Positions 1 through 15,300 of a DNA stretch of 64,000 nucleotides are shown here, in pieces. The translations under genes and the position numbers were made by a program. Source of the DNA: Malacoraja senta (lineage: Eukaryota); assembly GCA_038087875.1 (NCBI GenBank), contig CM075994.1, positions 6,016,001 to 6,080,000 of the forward strand. The letters are read 5' to 3'. Numbering within the stretch: position 1 is the first letter of the stretch; every line of letters begins with the position of its first letter. The notes under the pieces are model-generated. The model was not told the origin of the DNA and made no database searches. It saw only the letters and a list, made by a program, of their open reading frames with translations.

Positions 1-314
1 CTAAATGCATTAATGTTAACGATATTGTCACTTATTGCACATTCCCACGTTACATTTGCTCTCTGAAAGTGCAACAGCTCACACACTCGGACTAAACTAC
101 TTATTCAATTTCTCCTCTAATGCCTGTTTCTGACCTATACACTAATTCATCCCTTGACAGCCTTCTTCACTCTCCACACCTCCACCAATTGTTGTGTCGT
201 CTGCATACCTACAAACCAAACCTTACAAACAAGAGAAATCTGAACAATTCCCGATGCAAAACTCCACTGTCCACAGCTAACAATACAAATTTGTATTTTA
301 CATTTTCTATACAG

Positions 315-350
315 AAATACTTGAATTAAAAAAACACATTAAAGAAGCAG
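315..350 (+). CDS. 36-nt micro-exon (E)ILELKKHIKEA
   Basis: ttttctatacag|...gaagcag|gtgaga; paralogs at 7016 and 11733. Confidence 0.85.
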
Positions 351-3300
351 GTGAGAGTTGAACCTTCAAGAAAAGTGCGGCGGCGCGGATTACTGCAGCG
401 GCCCCTACAGCCCGTCTGTCTTTCTTTTTATTTTTGTCTAGTTAAATGTAGTTGTTTGTGGGGTTTTTTGTACTGTTTTAATTGTGTATATGTGGGGGGG
501 GGGGGGGACTTTAAAAAAATCTCTTCCCTGCACGGGAGACCCGACCTTTTCCCTGTCGGGTCTCCGTTGTCGTTGGGGCCTAGCTCCGTGGAGCGGCCTC
601 TGACCGGGACGACCTGGCGGCTCCAGTAGCGGAGCCTGTGGAGCTGCGGACTCACCATCGTGGGGCTGGCCGGCCTCGGAGCGCGGGGGGCGGTGGTGGC
701 TCGCTGCTGCGGCCCGACTCCGGAGCTCCAGCTCCAGCTGCAGACCCGTGGACTGGGACATCGGGAGCTCGCGGGTCCGGGTGAGAGACCGCTTTCCGGA
801 GCTCCCGCAACGCAACCTCTCTTTAATGTTAAAGCCGCGGGATATTCCAGCGCCCGCCGGGGGCTCCAACTTGGTGACTTTTGGGCCCGGAGCGAAGCTG
901 TATATACCGCCCAGCGCGGCCTCAACGGCCGTGGGACTTAACATTGCCCGCCTGGGGCTTCAACATCGGGAGAAAATTGGTGCAGGGGAGAGAAAGGACT
1001 TTGCCTTCCATCACAGTGAGGAGGAGATTCACTGTGATGGATGTTTTTCTGTAAATTGAATTGTTGTGTGTCGTGTAGGAATTGTTTTATTTGTATGGCT
1101 GTGGAAACGGAGTTTCGTTTGAGCCTCTTTGAGGTTCAAATGACAAGGAATAAAATCAAAAATAGCATTTTCTCGTCAATGTCAGCTGCGTTGTAGCATT
1201 CTAGCTTCTGCTACTGGTGAAGACATTGTGTTATTTCGTCCTTGTGAAAGATGTCTGATCAGAAAATAACAATATGTATATGGTGATGTCCCACCGTTTC
1301 CCCTTGTACCGTAATAATCAAATTAGAATTCGTATGCGGTAAGGAACATTTGACCGGACCAAAATATCCCAAAGAAAACTGACAAGTGTATCGCATCGTT
1401 GATCAATTCCCTTTTAATTAACGTGGAAAGTTACATTTGGCCTATTGGAGCTCCTATGAGCATAAAATTAGGCCAAGATTGGTCAATTTAACTTGGGTTC
1501 CCCATGGGGAATGGAAGGTTATAAAATGTCAACGGAATTCAAAATGTGACATGCGTTTTCTTCACGCACAAGATAAAACAGAGACTAGATACTTGGAGAG
1601 CCAAGGGTTCTGAAACAATGGGGAAATAAAGTAAATATTACGTAAATAGAAGGAAAAACAATATGATCAGCCATGATCATATTGAATGGCGGTGCAGGCT
1701 CGAAGGGCCGAATGGCCTACTCCTGCACCTATTTTCTATGTTTCTATGTTTCTAAAACGTAAATCGACATGAAAATGAATTCAAAATTCAAAAGTTTGAG
1801 GCTCCATCACTGTATTTCGACATACGAAGCCGCGCAGAAAATGAAGGCTCCAGTAAACATAGTCCCATGCAACAGGCCTTAGAATGAACGAGAGCATGTT
1901 GAATAGCGGTTTAAAAAAAAGCCCGAGCGTATTTAAAGCATGTAACCTATCACGAATACGTAGCAAAACCATTCTGGTGATGCTGAAATCCATTTGAATA
2001 TTACAGTCATCCACAGTTTTGTTTGTCCAACCGTTCCGAATGCCTTGCTCTCACAGGATTGCCAGTAGGTGGAGATGTAGGCCAGTGATACATGTAAACA
2101 AATGGTGGATCCTGTGCACTTCAATCCGTTTGCGACTGGTGGGGTTAGATATGCCACAGGTCTCAGAAGGGTTTAAGCGGCTCGTTTAACGCGCCTGTTG
2201 CGTGGGGAAATTTACAGGCTTTAGTGTCGACCTAAATAATTTAAATATTTAAGAAGATGAGGAAAACATGTAGTCATGCACATTTGTGTTCGGAATTGAC
2301 TAATAACAAACTGTCAAGTAATGCGAACACCGGAGAGGCACGGTGGCACAGTGGTAGAGTTGCTGCCATAAAACGCCAGAAAAACTGGATCGATCCTGAC
2401 TACTTGTGCAGCCTGTCCGGAGTTTGTACTTGTTCCGTGATCTGCGTTGGCTTCCTCCGGTTGCTGCGGTTTCCTCCCACTTTCGAAAGACGTAGGATAA
2501 TTGATTTGGTAAATTTGTAAATGGTCCATAGTGTGTTGGATAATGTTCGCGTGCTGGTCCACGAGGGGTTGGTGACCCGAAGGGCCTGTATCCGCGCTGC
2601 ATCATAAATTCGCGTTCTTTTGTTTTCTCAATCAATCGACCTCACGGCGAGAGCTCAAATTCTGCAACTAACACCAGACATTCTTAAGGCAGACATGATA
2701 TATCGGCGAAGTAACAAAAAGTTTAATTAAAACAGCGGTTCAGACAGCATCTCCGGAGAAAAGGAATAGTTGATGTTTCGGATAGAGGTGGAGATACTGT
2801 TTGACCGGCTGAAATGCTCCAACCATTTGTGTCTATTTTCGCTTTAAACCAGCATCGGCTGTTCGTTCCTACACAAAAATATCGGCAGTTGCGCACATCC
2901 TTTACTATCACTGCACTTCTGACTCTCGGTGAAATTGCTATCTGTGGAGACGAGAAGGAAATGACTGCTATACCGTAATCCGTGTGTGCAGAACTGTGAT
3001 CTGCATATCAGTCTTGAAGGTGTAGGAAAGAACTGCAGATGCTGGTTTAAATCGAAGGTAGAAACAAAATGCTGAAATAACTCAGTGAGTCAGGCTGCAT
3101 CTCTGGAGAGAAGGATTATGTGTCGTTTCGGGTCCAGGCCCTTCTTAAACGAAGTAGCAATTTAAAAAAATCTTGTCAAGTATAACGGCAAGGAATTACA
3201 ATCATATGTGTTCAAGGTGGTGCTGGGAATCTGCAGATAACAGTCCCGATAATATCACATCCATCAGTTAAAACGTGCAGGAGAGCTCAGACGTCAAATC

Positions 3301-6300
3301 AAGGTTTATTCCGAACAGAATCAATTGCGCAAATGCATTTACCGTAAACTTTATTTGTTTTAGAAGAGAAAGCAATCTGCGAACCAGATGGTAAGCTAAA
3401 GACTCGATGGAAATTATAAACCTAAATTTTACATTTACCATCATGAGAATGGCGTGTTCAAAGTTGCATATTGAACTATTTATTCCTCGTTGTAGGAAGT
3501 AAGATTGGGACATCTCTGAATTTCCGCCAAGTCTTTAAATTCCTCAAACATATTCGACATTAGAAACAACCGTCAACATTATTAGAACAATATTGAAGAA
3601 GATGTATTCAATAAAATTGTTAGTATATTGATTCCTGCAACGGTAAAGGTTTAATTTACGGTAAGATGCAAACATAATGAACATCATTTACAATTCAAAT
3701 CTTGGTGTAGCTCCATTTTAAGCAGTGAAACAGGCAATCCGATTCAAATCCATTCGGTCATCCTGAAACTCAGAGGTTGATCGCTCAGGATGGATTTGGC
3801 GTGCTATCAACCATTGCAAAAGAGTTCTCTTGTTGACTTGCATGTGCAGTCCGTAATGCTGCAGGCTTAAGTTACGTTAATAGAATACCATGACACGCCG
3901 ATATATCATAGGAGGAACTAAAATTGTTTATTTTTCAGCAATTAAAAAAAATATATATTGTATTACAAAATAAAGCGTTATTCATTTCCATTTATTTCCA
4001 ATACACGAACTATAATCCTAAACATTGCGTTAAACTATAAAGAAAATAATAACCAATAGAGCTCTTCTTTTCACCTGACATGTCCTCTTTACATGTAAAA
4101 TTGTTTTACATTGCTCATGAACATAATCATGTGTCCATAAACACTACATCCCCTGACCCAACTTCCTAGGTGTCTTAAAATAATGGTATTGCGCAATTGA
4201 GATAGGAGAACAAGAAAATATACGAGATACAACCATTTATATAATCCGAAATTTAGGATTGACAACTGAATATATGCGTTTACTTTTTTGGTAGCTGTAT
4301 CCTGAAATTGTGCGGCATTCCGTGAGAAGTACTTGTTTTTTTTTATGTTATGTTAACTTTCAGTGTTTCTGCATTTTTGGCGACCTCTGATACTCGCAAG
4401 TCCCTAAAATGACTGCATAATTACAGCCAATTATTTCAGCAGTTATTATGTCCAAATATTAACTTTTTCATAACATGGAGTTTGAAGAATATCCCTGCAG
4501 GATAGTGTGGTGCGCTATTTCAACAACTGTAGTATCTTTACTTATATTTAGACACGTGTATACCAATTTCATTCTTTGATTTACTGTTAGTGGGAAAAAG
4601 ACATTGCCTTTTCTGCAGTAACATTGTTTTTCCAAATCATTCGCTGCTAAACAAAATAGATAAGCTGAAATAGGTAAACATTAATATTAAACTATGAGCG
4701 TTTTTCCGAACAGAAGAATTCCTGAAGAAATCAGATGAAGGTGAGCGCAAACTGGCCACCAGTAGCAATTCATTTTTTAAACGTAAGATATGTCAACAAT
4801 GTTTAATTTTGAGAGACACGTTTGTCGCTGATTGTATGTATGGGGAATTGTGACACTTCGTTGCCCTCCATTGATATGGATTTTTCATGTTAAAATAAGG
4901 TGTTATAGATCCCTAAAAATATTATGTGTTTTTACCTTTTTGGAGTGGTAACGCACAGCATATTAACTTTAGTAAGTGCATAACATCGGTAGCTAATTGA
5001 CTGTGCAAAATATCATTTTTATATTCGGAAGGACAGCTATCTCATTCTGCTATTTATTGACATGTCAAACGGACGCTATCATGAGCACAGTAAGGAAAGT
5101 TGTCAAGAACTAAGTTTTGAACAAAAATATACTTTTTTTTCATTGGTGAATTGTGTTGTGGTGTGACATTCAAATCCAATCCCTTTTCATAGCCTTTAAT
5201 TAAAGAGAACTAAATGCGCCGAATTGCACCAAGGTGTTGAAAGCGAATTATGTTACTTTCATGTCAGCATTGTCGGTTAAAGTGAAATCAAATAGCATCC
5301 AGTAGCAGGGATAGAAAGCGTTCTTGGACAATAAGGCAATATTGGAATTGGAAGCCAATTATCTCAGCCCGAGAGGATTACTAAAATAGTTTTTCAGAAC
5401 CTTGTCCTAGGATCTTGCATTTACGCCACCACGCCGCAAAACTACCATTCATATCTGTTGGGCTGAGCATTCTTTACCACATTTCAGTTGACCATGAACT
5501 AACTCCTACCTTAAATATATGAGAATTCCACGATGCTGGTGTTTTGTTCCTGGGCAAAGCATACGGCATTCCTGGCAGCAGTGCGTGTCGGGTGCCGAAG
5601 TGGGCTATAGGACCATTCATTTCAATGTCATTGAACAAGGTGTGTTTGGAAACTCGAAACGAAATTTCAACTTAATGGCTTTAATCTAGCGCTCATTGCT
5701 TTATAACCACGTATCTTTCGCATACCTAAAACACATGCTTCCAGCTGCAATTGCGAAGATAGGTCCAACAACTCCCTACGGTTTGATAGCGAGAAATGTG
5801 CCTTCTCCCTCACGAATTTATCGAAAGCATACACCCGTTCTATGTATATGCAAATAGTTAGAAATATTGTGACTTACAGTATTCCTTGTTTCTACGTGTA
5901 TGCAAATAGTTAGAAATATTCTGTAGTTTACTAGGCTTGATGCCAATGTTTAAAAACGAACTGTCGACATTTGGCAATGAACGTTAAGCCTAGCTATGGA
6001 AGAATATACGGAGATGATCTTGAGGTTCCGCTGTTGCATTGTTTTTAATCTCCACGATATTCGTTCGGAAACATATGTCCGAATGTTTTAACGACTCAAA
6101 TTGACCGATTTTCACTGGGGAGTCGATATGAAATTATTAATGGATCATGAGAACGATATAACATAAGACGCAGAACAGTGAATCCGTCCCATGATGTTTG
6201 TCCTGCACATGATGCAAAATAATAATAATCCCTTCTGCCTGTATCCCTGTATATTCATGGGTCTATCGAAAATAACATTAGCCACCTGCCGTATATTTTT

Positions 6301-9300
6301 CCACAATCACCATTGCAATGCGTAAAAGTTTGCTCCACACATCTCCTTTCATTTCCTTCCTCAACTCAGACATATGCTCAAACATTTGACATTTCCAATC
6401 TGGGGGGAAAAGATCGTGATATTCTTCCGTATCTATGCTTTTCATAATACTGTATCCATTTCTTTGGTGACCTCTCATCGTCCGACGTTTCAGCGAAACA
6501 AGCCAAACTGTTTCAAACTCTTTATAACAAATACAAATGTAATCCAGGTTGCGTTCTGTTAAAACTCTTCTGCACCCTCTGCAAAGTTTTCACATTTTTC
6601 ATGTAATGTGGCTAGCAAAAATGCACATAATACTCTAAATAGTCAACGACCAAGGTTTTTATGCTGCTACTTTGAGGGACCTATGGATTGAGACACCAAG
6701 GCCCATGTGTACATTAATGTTGTTAAATATACTGTCACTTACTGCACAATTCTCCGTTGCATTTGCTCTCTCGGTGTGCAACAGCTCACATACTTGGATT
6801 AAACTGCATGTTCAATTTCTCCTTTAGTACCTGTTTGTGACCGGAATACTACTGCATCCCTTAACAGCCTTCTTCGCTAATTGTTATGTCGTCTGCATAC
6901 CTACAAACCAAACCGTCAATGTTTTCGTCCATGTCTCTTGTAAACACATCACAAACAACAGAAATCAGAACATTGATCGATGCAGTAAAATTGTATTTTA
7001 CATTTTTCTCTTCAGAAATACTTGAATTAAAAAAACTAATTACAGAAGCAGGTGAGAGCAGAACCTTAAAATAGCATTTGCTCTTCAATTTCAGATGCGT
7101 TGTAGTATTCCAGCTCCTGCTACTGCAGAAGATGTTGTGTTATTTCGTCCTTATGAAAGTTATCTAATCAGAAAATAACAATATGGTGATGACGTCCTTT
7201 GCTTTCCCAGTGTATCGCAACAATCTACATAGAATTCAAATTTGGTGATCATCATGTGACCGGCCCAAAATATCCCAAGGGAAACTGACAAGAGGATCGC
7301 AACGTTAAACAATTCAATTGTAATAACGTGGAAAGTTACATTGGCCTATTAGAACTCATATAAGATTAAAATTATATCAAGATTAATAAACTTAACTTGG
7401 GTTCCCTTAAGGTCCCCCATGGAGAATGGGAATTTAATACAATGTCAAAGGAATTCAAGAAATACCATGTTTTTTTTTCTCATGGCAAGATAAATAAAAC
7501 AGAGGCACTGGAGTCTTGTGGAGCCAATGCTTCTGTAGAAATGGAGCATTAAATTAAACATTACGTAAATAGAACGAAAAACTTCAATCAGCTTTAAAAT
7601 GAATAACAAATTCCACGACGGTGCACTCCGTCGCTGTATTTCGACATAGGTAGCCACACAAAAGTGAAGGCTCTAGTAAACATATTTTACACGTGTGTAG
7701 ATGTTGATATTATTCCAGTGAATTAGAAGATAACAATTATAAATGACGTATTGAAATATAACAAATCTAACCCCTTTCATTCGGAAAAAGAGTGAAATAG
7801 AAGCTCATGAAAGAAATAGAACATAAAAGGAAAATTATGGAATATCTGAAAGGATTTTCTAGTCAAGATTGTTAAAATATAATTACAATTTAGAAAAATT
7901 AAAATGGATATGCAAAAGGGAAAGGGGCTTGTCCTAATGTACGGGAACTCGTTGAGAAGACAGGTGATTCGACAACTATGGGGAAACAGTTGGATATTTT
8001 GATTTTCAATATTTCAACATAGCCCCACACAACCGGCCTTTGAATGGTTGCACGGTTTTATAGCGGTAATAGCCCAGCACGTATTTAGGCATGTCACCTA
8101 TCACAAATGAACAGCAAAAAAAATCTGGTGATGCTGATATTAATTTGAATATTTACAATTATCCACAATTTTGTTTGTTCAACCGTTCCCAATGCCTTAC
8201 TGTCACCGGAGTGCAAGGAGGAGGAGATTTAGCCCAGTAGGTACATAGCAACAGATGGTGGATGATGTGATCCAAAAGAGAAAGCAGAGACACTGGAGTC
8301 TTGGGGAGGCAACGGTTCTGTGAAAATTGAAATATGAAATAAATGTTTATTAAATCGAACGAGAAACTTTAATCGTCATGAAAATGAATAATGCATTCCA
8401 AGACGATGCACTCCTTCGCTGCGTTTCGACAGATGGCCACATCGAAAATTAAGGCTCCAGTAAACATATTTTAAACGTGTGTAGATTTTGATTATGTTCC
8501 AACGAATTGGAAGATTACAATAATGAATGGCGATTGGAAGATACCAAATATGAACAATTTCATTCGGAAAAAGAGCGATATAGAAAAGTTTATGAAACTA
8601 TTAGAACATACAATAAAAATGGTGGAATGTATGAAAGGATTTTAAATACAAAATTGTTAAAATACAATTATAATTTTGAAAAGTTATAGTGAATTTGCAA
8701 AATGGAAAATAGGTGCTCCTGATGTACGGGAGCTCGTTGTGCTCTGCAACAACAGACTGTCTTTAGGCAGGCATGATATATCGGCGAAGATAGACATTAA
8801 AAGCTGGAGTAACAGCGGGTAAAACGGCATATCTGGAGATAAAATTATAGTTGACGTTTCGGATCCAGGTGCAGAAACGTCACCTATTCCTTTTCTCCAG
8901 AGATGCTGTCTGACCCGATGAGTTACTCCAGCATTTTGTCTCTTTTTTCGGTTTAAACCAGCATGTGCAGTTCCTACACAATATTTATAGGCGGTTGCCT
9001 ATGCACAGATTATCATATTATGCCTGTATGTCGCCGAAGTCCTCATTGCTGGAGCAATTGCTGCACCGTAAATATGGAATCCATGGACCGAAGATTCTTG
9101 GACGGATGTCAATGGATCTAACACTGTGTTCGGTGTTGCACTGATCCCACTGTTGCTCACTGTGCTAAGTGACATAAAGCCGCGTCTCCCTTAAAATGGA
9201 GCAGCTGGGCCACAAGTGACAAGAACTAATGTTGAGCTCATGGTGTACCTCGACGATCAAATGTCCGTCAAAGGACGTCCACAATTTCGTAAAAGTCCAC

Positions 9301-12300
9301 TTAGCCATCAGTTCAGGCTAAAATGATTGGGTTTACAGTCAACAATGACCTGAGGTGGAGACAGATGAAACCCATAGGCTTCCAGCTGCGTTCGGCGGTT
9401 CTTCACAGCAGGGTGCAGGGCTTAGAGACTGGATTGCTGACTAATTGCAAAATGATATTTGGACCACCTAACTTTAACATTAATCATTTCATAATCAAAA
9501 TTGCAGAACGATTTACCATTATTTTCTTTGTCTACGCATTGAAATATAACAAGTCATTGATATTACGATTTCAGCAATTGTAGGAACATGAAATGAAAAG
9601 GTGTCCTACACAATGCAATTGAGAATCAGATGTGGGTAACTTGACGAATAATGCATTAAAATAAATTACTCTCATGGCTATTCTTCATTTCATACCAGAA
9701 GAATCAAAAACTGATAAAGATACAGGTACGCATATGCGCGAATCTGAATATAGAAACATAGAAACATGGAAAATAGGTGCAGGAGGCCATTCGGCCCTTC
9801 GAGCCAGCACCGCCATTCATTGTGATCATGGCTGATCGTCCCCAACCAAAAACCCGTCCCCGCCTTCTCCGCATATCCCTTCATTCCATTAGCCCCTAGA
9901 GCTCTATCTAACTCTCTCTTAAATCCATCCAGTAATTTGGCCTCCACTGCCCTCTGTATTTTCTGCAGTAACATCGTTCTTTCCAAGCATTCGCTGCAAA
10001 ACAAAATAGTTCAGCTGAAATTAGTAAACATCAATATGATATAATGACGCATTTTTGAAACAGATAAATTGCTGAAGCAAAAAGACAATGGTAAGTGCAT
10101 AACCTTATTTTACTTGCCACCAGCAGCAGTTCTTTTATTTAACCATAAGCTATCTCAACAATATTTAGTTTTTAGATATCCATTTCATGCTGATTTTATG
10201 GGGAATGGTAACAATTTGTTGTCCTCCATTGTTATGGATTTTGCATGCTAAAATAAGTTGTTACATTTCCTTCAAAACATGATGTGTTTACAACTTTGTG
10301 TTATGGCAACGCATAGCATATTCACGTTAGTAAGTGAATGAAATTGGTAGCTACTTGACAGTGCAAAATAATATTTTTATATTCGGAAGGAAAGCAATCC
10401 AATTCTGCTATTTATTGGCATGTCAAACTATCGTCATCATGAGCAAAGTAAGGAAAGGTGGCATGAACAAGGTTTTGGGGAAAAATATCAACTTTTCATT
10501 TGCAAAATATGTTGCGGTGTGAACAGTCAATTCCAATCCCTCTTCATAGCCTTTAATCAAAGAAAACTCACTGTGCCGCATTGCACTAAGGTGTTGAAAG
10601 TGAATGATATTCATTTATTATCAGCATTGTCCGGAGTGCGATAGCACGGATCTCCGGTTAAAGTGAAATCAAACGGCATCCAGTTGCAAGGACAGAAAGG
10701 GATCTTGCACAAATAATTACAGTACACGATTTCCCGTTGCTAGATGAATGCAAACAGTTGCATATTTTGTAACTTACAGAATTATTTGCTTTTAAACTCC
10801 ACGTTACTCGGTCAGAAAATATTGTCCGAAGGTTTTACCGATTCAAATTCCCCGATTTGCACTGGTAAGTCGAGATAACAGTATTAACGTATCCTGAAAA
10901 CAATACAATTTAGGACTATCAAAAATAGCCTTCATGGTACCTACCGAAACTTCTTCCACCAGCACCATTGGAACGTGTTCCAAGCAGTAACTATCATCTG
11001 TGTAAACGTTTCCTCCGCACATCTCATTTCCTTTCCTTCCGCTCCTCAAATATATGCTCAAACACTTGATATTTCCAATCTTGGGGGAAATTATGATGAC
11101 ATTCTTCCATGCCTATGCCATTCATCATACTGTATTCGTCTATATGGTCATCGCTCAACCTCCGACGATGCGGCGGAACAATCCAACATTTTCCAGCCTC
11201 TGTATACCCAATACAAATGCAATCCAGAGATCGCGGTCTGCTGAAACTCTTCTGCATCTTCACAAAGTTTCACTTTATTCATGTAATGTGGCGAACAAAA
11301 CTGCACACAATACTCTAAATAGTCCCGACCAAAGGTACAATGCCGCTACTTTGAGGGAACTATGGACTTAGATTCCGAGACCCCTATGTGCATTAATGTA
11401 AACGATTTTGTCACTTATTGCACACTCCTGCGTTACATTTGCCCTCTCAAAGTGCAACAGCTCACACACTAGGACTAAACTACTTATTCAATGCCTCCTC
11501 TAATGCCTGTTTCTGACCTATATATTACTGCATCCCTTGACAGCCTTCTTCACTCTCCACACCTCCACCCAATTGGTGTGTCGTCTGCATACCTACAAAC
11601 CAAACCTTCGATGTTTTCGTCCAAGTCTGTTGCATACACATTACAAACAACAGAAATCTGAACATTTCCCGATACAAAACTCCACTGTCCACAGCTAACA
11701 ATACAAATTTATATTTTACATTTTCTGTACAGAAATACTTGAATTAAAAAAACTCATTAAAGAAGCAGGTGAGAGTTGAACCTTCAAATAGCATTTTCTC
11801 GTCAATTGCAGCTGCGTTGTAGCATTCTAGCTTCTGCTACTGGTGAAGACATTGTGTTATTTCGTCCTTATGAAAGATGTCTGATGAGGAAAGAAAAATA
11901 TGTATATGATGATGACGTTAAGGAACATTTGACCGGCCCAAAATATCCCAAAGAAAACTGACAAGTGTATCGCATCTTTGATCAATTCCCTTATAATTAA
12001 CGTGGAAAGTTACGTTTGGCGTTTTGGAGCTCCTATGAGAACAAAATTAGGCCAAGATTGGTCAACTTAACTTGGGTTCCCTATGGGGAATGGGTGGTTA
12101 TAAAATGTCAACGGAATTCAAAATGTGGCATGCGTTTTTCTTCACGCACAAGATAAAACAGAGAGATTGGAGTCTTGGAGAGCCAAGGGTTTTGTGAAAA
12201 TGGGGAAATAAAGTAAATATTACGTAAATAGAAGGAAAAACGTAAATCGACATGGAAATGAATTAATGATTCAAAGATTTGATGTTCCATCGCTGTATTT

Positions 12301-15300
12301 CGACACAGGTAGCCTGGCAGAAAATGAAGGCTCCAGTAAACATAGTCCCACGCAACAGGCCTTTGAATGAACAAAAGTATTTTGCATAGCGGTAAAAGCA
12401 AAAGGCCAAGCGTATTTAAGGCATGTCACGTATCACGAATAAGTAACAAAACCATTCTGGTGATGCTGAAATTTGTTTGCGTATTACAATTATGCATAAT
12501 TTTGTTTGTCCAACCGTTCCGAATACCTTGCTCTTGCAGGATTGCCAGTAGGTGGAGATGTGGCCAGTGATACATGTAAACAGATGGTGGATCCTGTGAA
12601 CTTGAACCCGTTTGCGACAGGTGGGGTTAGATATGCCACAGTTCTCAGAAGCTTTTAAGCGGTTCGTTTAGTGTAGTGTTAAAGAAGGAACTGCAGATGC
12701 TGGAAAATCGAAGGTACACAAAAATGCTGGAGAAACTCAGCGGGTGCAGCAGCATCTATGGAGCGAAGGAAATAGGTCACAAAAATGCTGGAGAAACTCA
12801 GCGGGTGCAGCAGCATCTATGGAGCGAAGGAAATAGGTCACAAAAATGCTGGAGAAACTCAGCGGGTGCAGCAGCATCTATGGAGCGAAGGAAATAGGTC
12901 ACAAAAATGCTGGAGAAACTCAGCGGGTGCAGCAGCATCTATGGAGCGAAGGACATAGGTTTAGTGTAGTGTTTGTTGACTTACAATTTTTAAATATATA
13001 AAAAGATCGGAAAACATGTAGTCATGCACATTTGTGTTCAGAAATGACTAATAACAAACTGACAAGTAATGCAAACACCGGAGAGGCACGGTGGCACAGC
13101 GGTAGAGTTGCTGCCATGCAACGCCAGTAAAACTGGATCGATTCTGACTACTTGTGCAGTCTGTCCGGAGTTTGTACTTGTTCCGAGACCTGCGTGGGCT
13201 TCCTCCGGGTGCTGCTGTTTCTTCCCACTCTCGAAAGACGTAGGATAATTGGTGTGGTAAATTTGTAAATCGTCCATAGTGTGTTGGATAATGTTCGTGT
13301 GCTGGTCCACGAGGAGTTGGTGATCCGAAGGGCCTGCATCCGCGCTGCATCATAAATTCGCGTTCATTTATTTTCTCAATCAATCGAGCTCACGGAGAGA
13401 GCTCAAATTCTGCAACTAACACCAGACAGTCTTAAGGGAGACATGATATATCGGCGAAGTTAAAAAAAAAAGCTTCATTAACTCAGCGGTTCAGACAGTA
13501 TCTCCCAAGAAAAGGAATAGTTGATGTTTCGGATACTGTTTGGCCGGCTGAAAGGCTCCAACCATTTGTGTCTATTTTCGGTTTAAACCAGCATCGGCAG
13601 TTCGTTCCTACACAAAAATATCGGCGGTTGCGCGCATGCTTTACTATCACTGCACTTCTGACTCCCGGTGAAATTGCTATCTGTGGAGACGAGAAAAGAA
13701 TGACTGCTATACCGTAATCCCTGTGTGCAGAACTGTGATCTGCATATCAGTCTTGAAGGTGTAGGAAAGAACTGCAGATGCTGGTTTAAATCGAAGGTAG
13801 AAACAAAATGCTGAAATATCTCAGTGGGTCAGGCTGCATCTCTGGAGAGAAGGATTAGGTGACGTTTCGGGTCGATGCCCTTCTTAAACAAAGGAGCATT
13901 TTGTTTTTAATGTGTCAATCATAATGGCAAGGAATTATCATCCTCTGTGTTCAAGGGTACTGGGAATCTGCAGATAGCAGTCCCGATAATATCACATCCA
14001 TCAGTTAAAACGTGCAGGAGAACTCAGACGTCAAATCCAGGTTTATTCCGATCAGAATCAATTGCGCTAATGCATTTATCGTAAACTTTATTTGTTTTAG
14101 AAGAGAGAGCAATCTGCAAAATAGATGGTAAGCTAAAGACTCGATGGAAATTATAAACCTAAATTTTACATTACCATCATGAGAATGACATGTTCAAGGT
14201 TGCATATTGAATTGCTTATTCCTCGTTGTAGGAAGTAAGATTGGGACATCTCTGAATTTCCGCCAAAGACTATAAACTCCTGAAAGATATTCGACATTGG
14301 AAACAACTGTCAAAATTATTAGAACAATATTGAAGAAGATGTATTCAATAAAATAGTTAGTATATTGATTCCTGCCACGGTAACGGTTTAATTTACGGTA
14401 AGATGCAAACATAATGAACATCATTTACAATTCAACTCCTGGATGTAGCTCCATTTTAACCAGTGAAACTGGCATTCCGAATTAAATCCATTCGGTCACC
14501 CTGAAACTCAGACGTTGATCGCTCAGGATGGATTTGGCGTGGTATCAAGCATTGCAAAAGAGTTATCGTGTTGACTTGCATGTGCAATCCGTAAAGCTGC
14601 AGGCTTAAGTAACGTTTACAGAATACCATGCCACGCCGATATAGCATAGGAGGCACTGAAATTGTTCATTTTTCTGAAATTAAAAAATATATATATTGTA
14701 TTACATAATAAAGCGTTATTCATTTCCATTTATTTCCAATACAATAGACAATAGACAATAGGCGCAGGAGTAGGCCATTCGGCCCTTCATGCCAGCACCG
14801 CCATTCAATGTGATCATGGCTGATCATCCCCAATCAGTACCCCGTTCCTGCCTTCTCCCCATATCCCCTGACTCCGCTATTTTTAAGAGCCCTATCTAGC
14901 TCTCTCTTGAAAGCATCCAGAGAATCCGCCTCCACCGCCCTCTGAGGCAGTGAATTCCACAGACTCGCCACTATCTGTGAGAAAAAGTGTTTCCTCGTCT
15001 TTGTTCTAAATGGCTTACTCCTTATTCTTAAACTGTGGCCCCTGGTTCTGGACTCCTCCAACATCGGGAACATGTTTCCTGCCCCTAGCGTGTCAAAACC
15101 CTTAACAATCTTATATGTTTCAATGAGATCCCCTCTCAACCTTCTAAACTCCAGAGTGTACAAGCCCAGCTGCTCCATTCTCTCAGCATCTGACAGTCCC
15201 GCCATCCCGGGAATTAACCTTGTAACCCTACGCTGCACTCCCTCAATAGCATGATTGCCCTTTCTTCAAATTAGGGGAGGAAAACTGCACACAATACTCC

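Noticed and set aside
428..1059. Overlapping 90-170 aa ORFs
   Set aside because: GC-rich repeat insertion absent from the paralogous site; no recognisable domain
2337..2420. tRNA genes at SINE heads
   Set aside because: Degenerate and followed by SINE core and tail
9575..9600. Missing unit-2 micro-exon candidate
   Set aside because: 26 nt would frameshift; weak donor gtgtcc
12717..12958. CRISPR-like regular repeats
   Set aside because: Contiguous tandem units without unique spacers, matching Penelope-end repeats elsewhere; eukaryotic context with no cas genes
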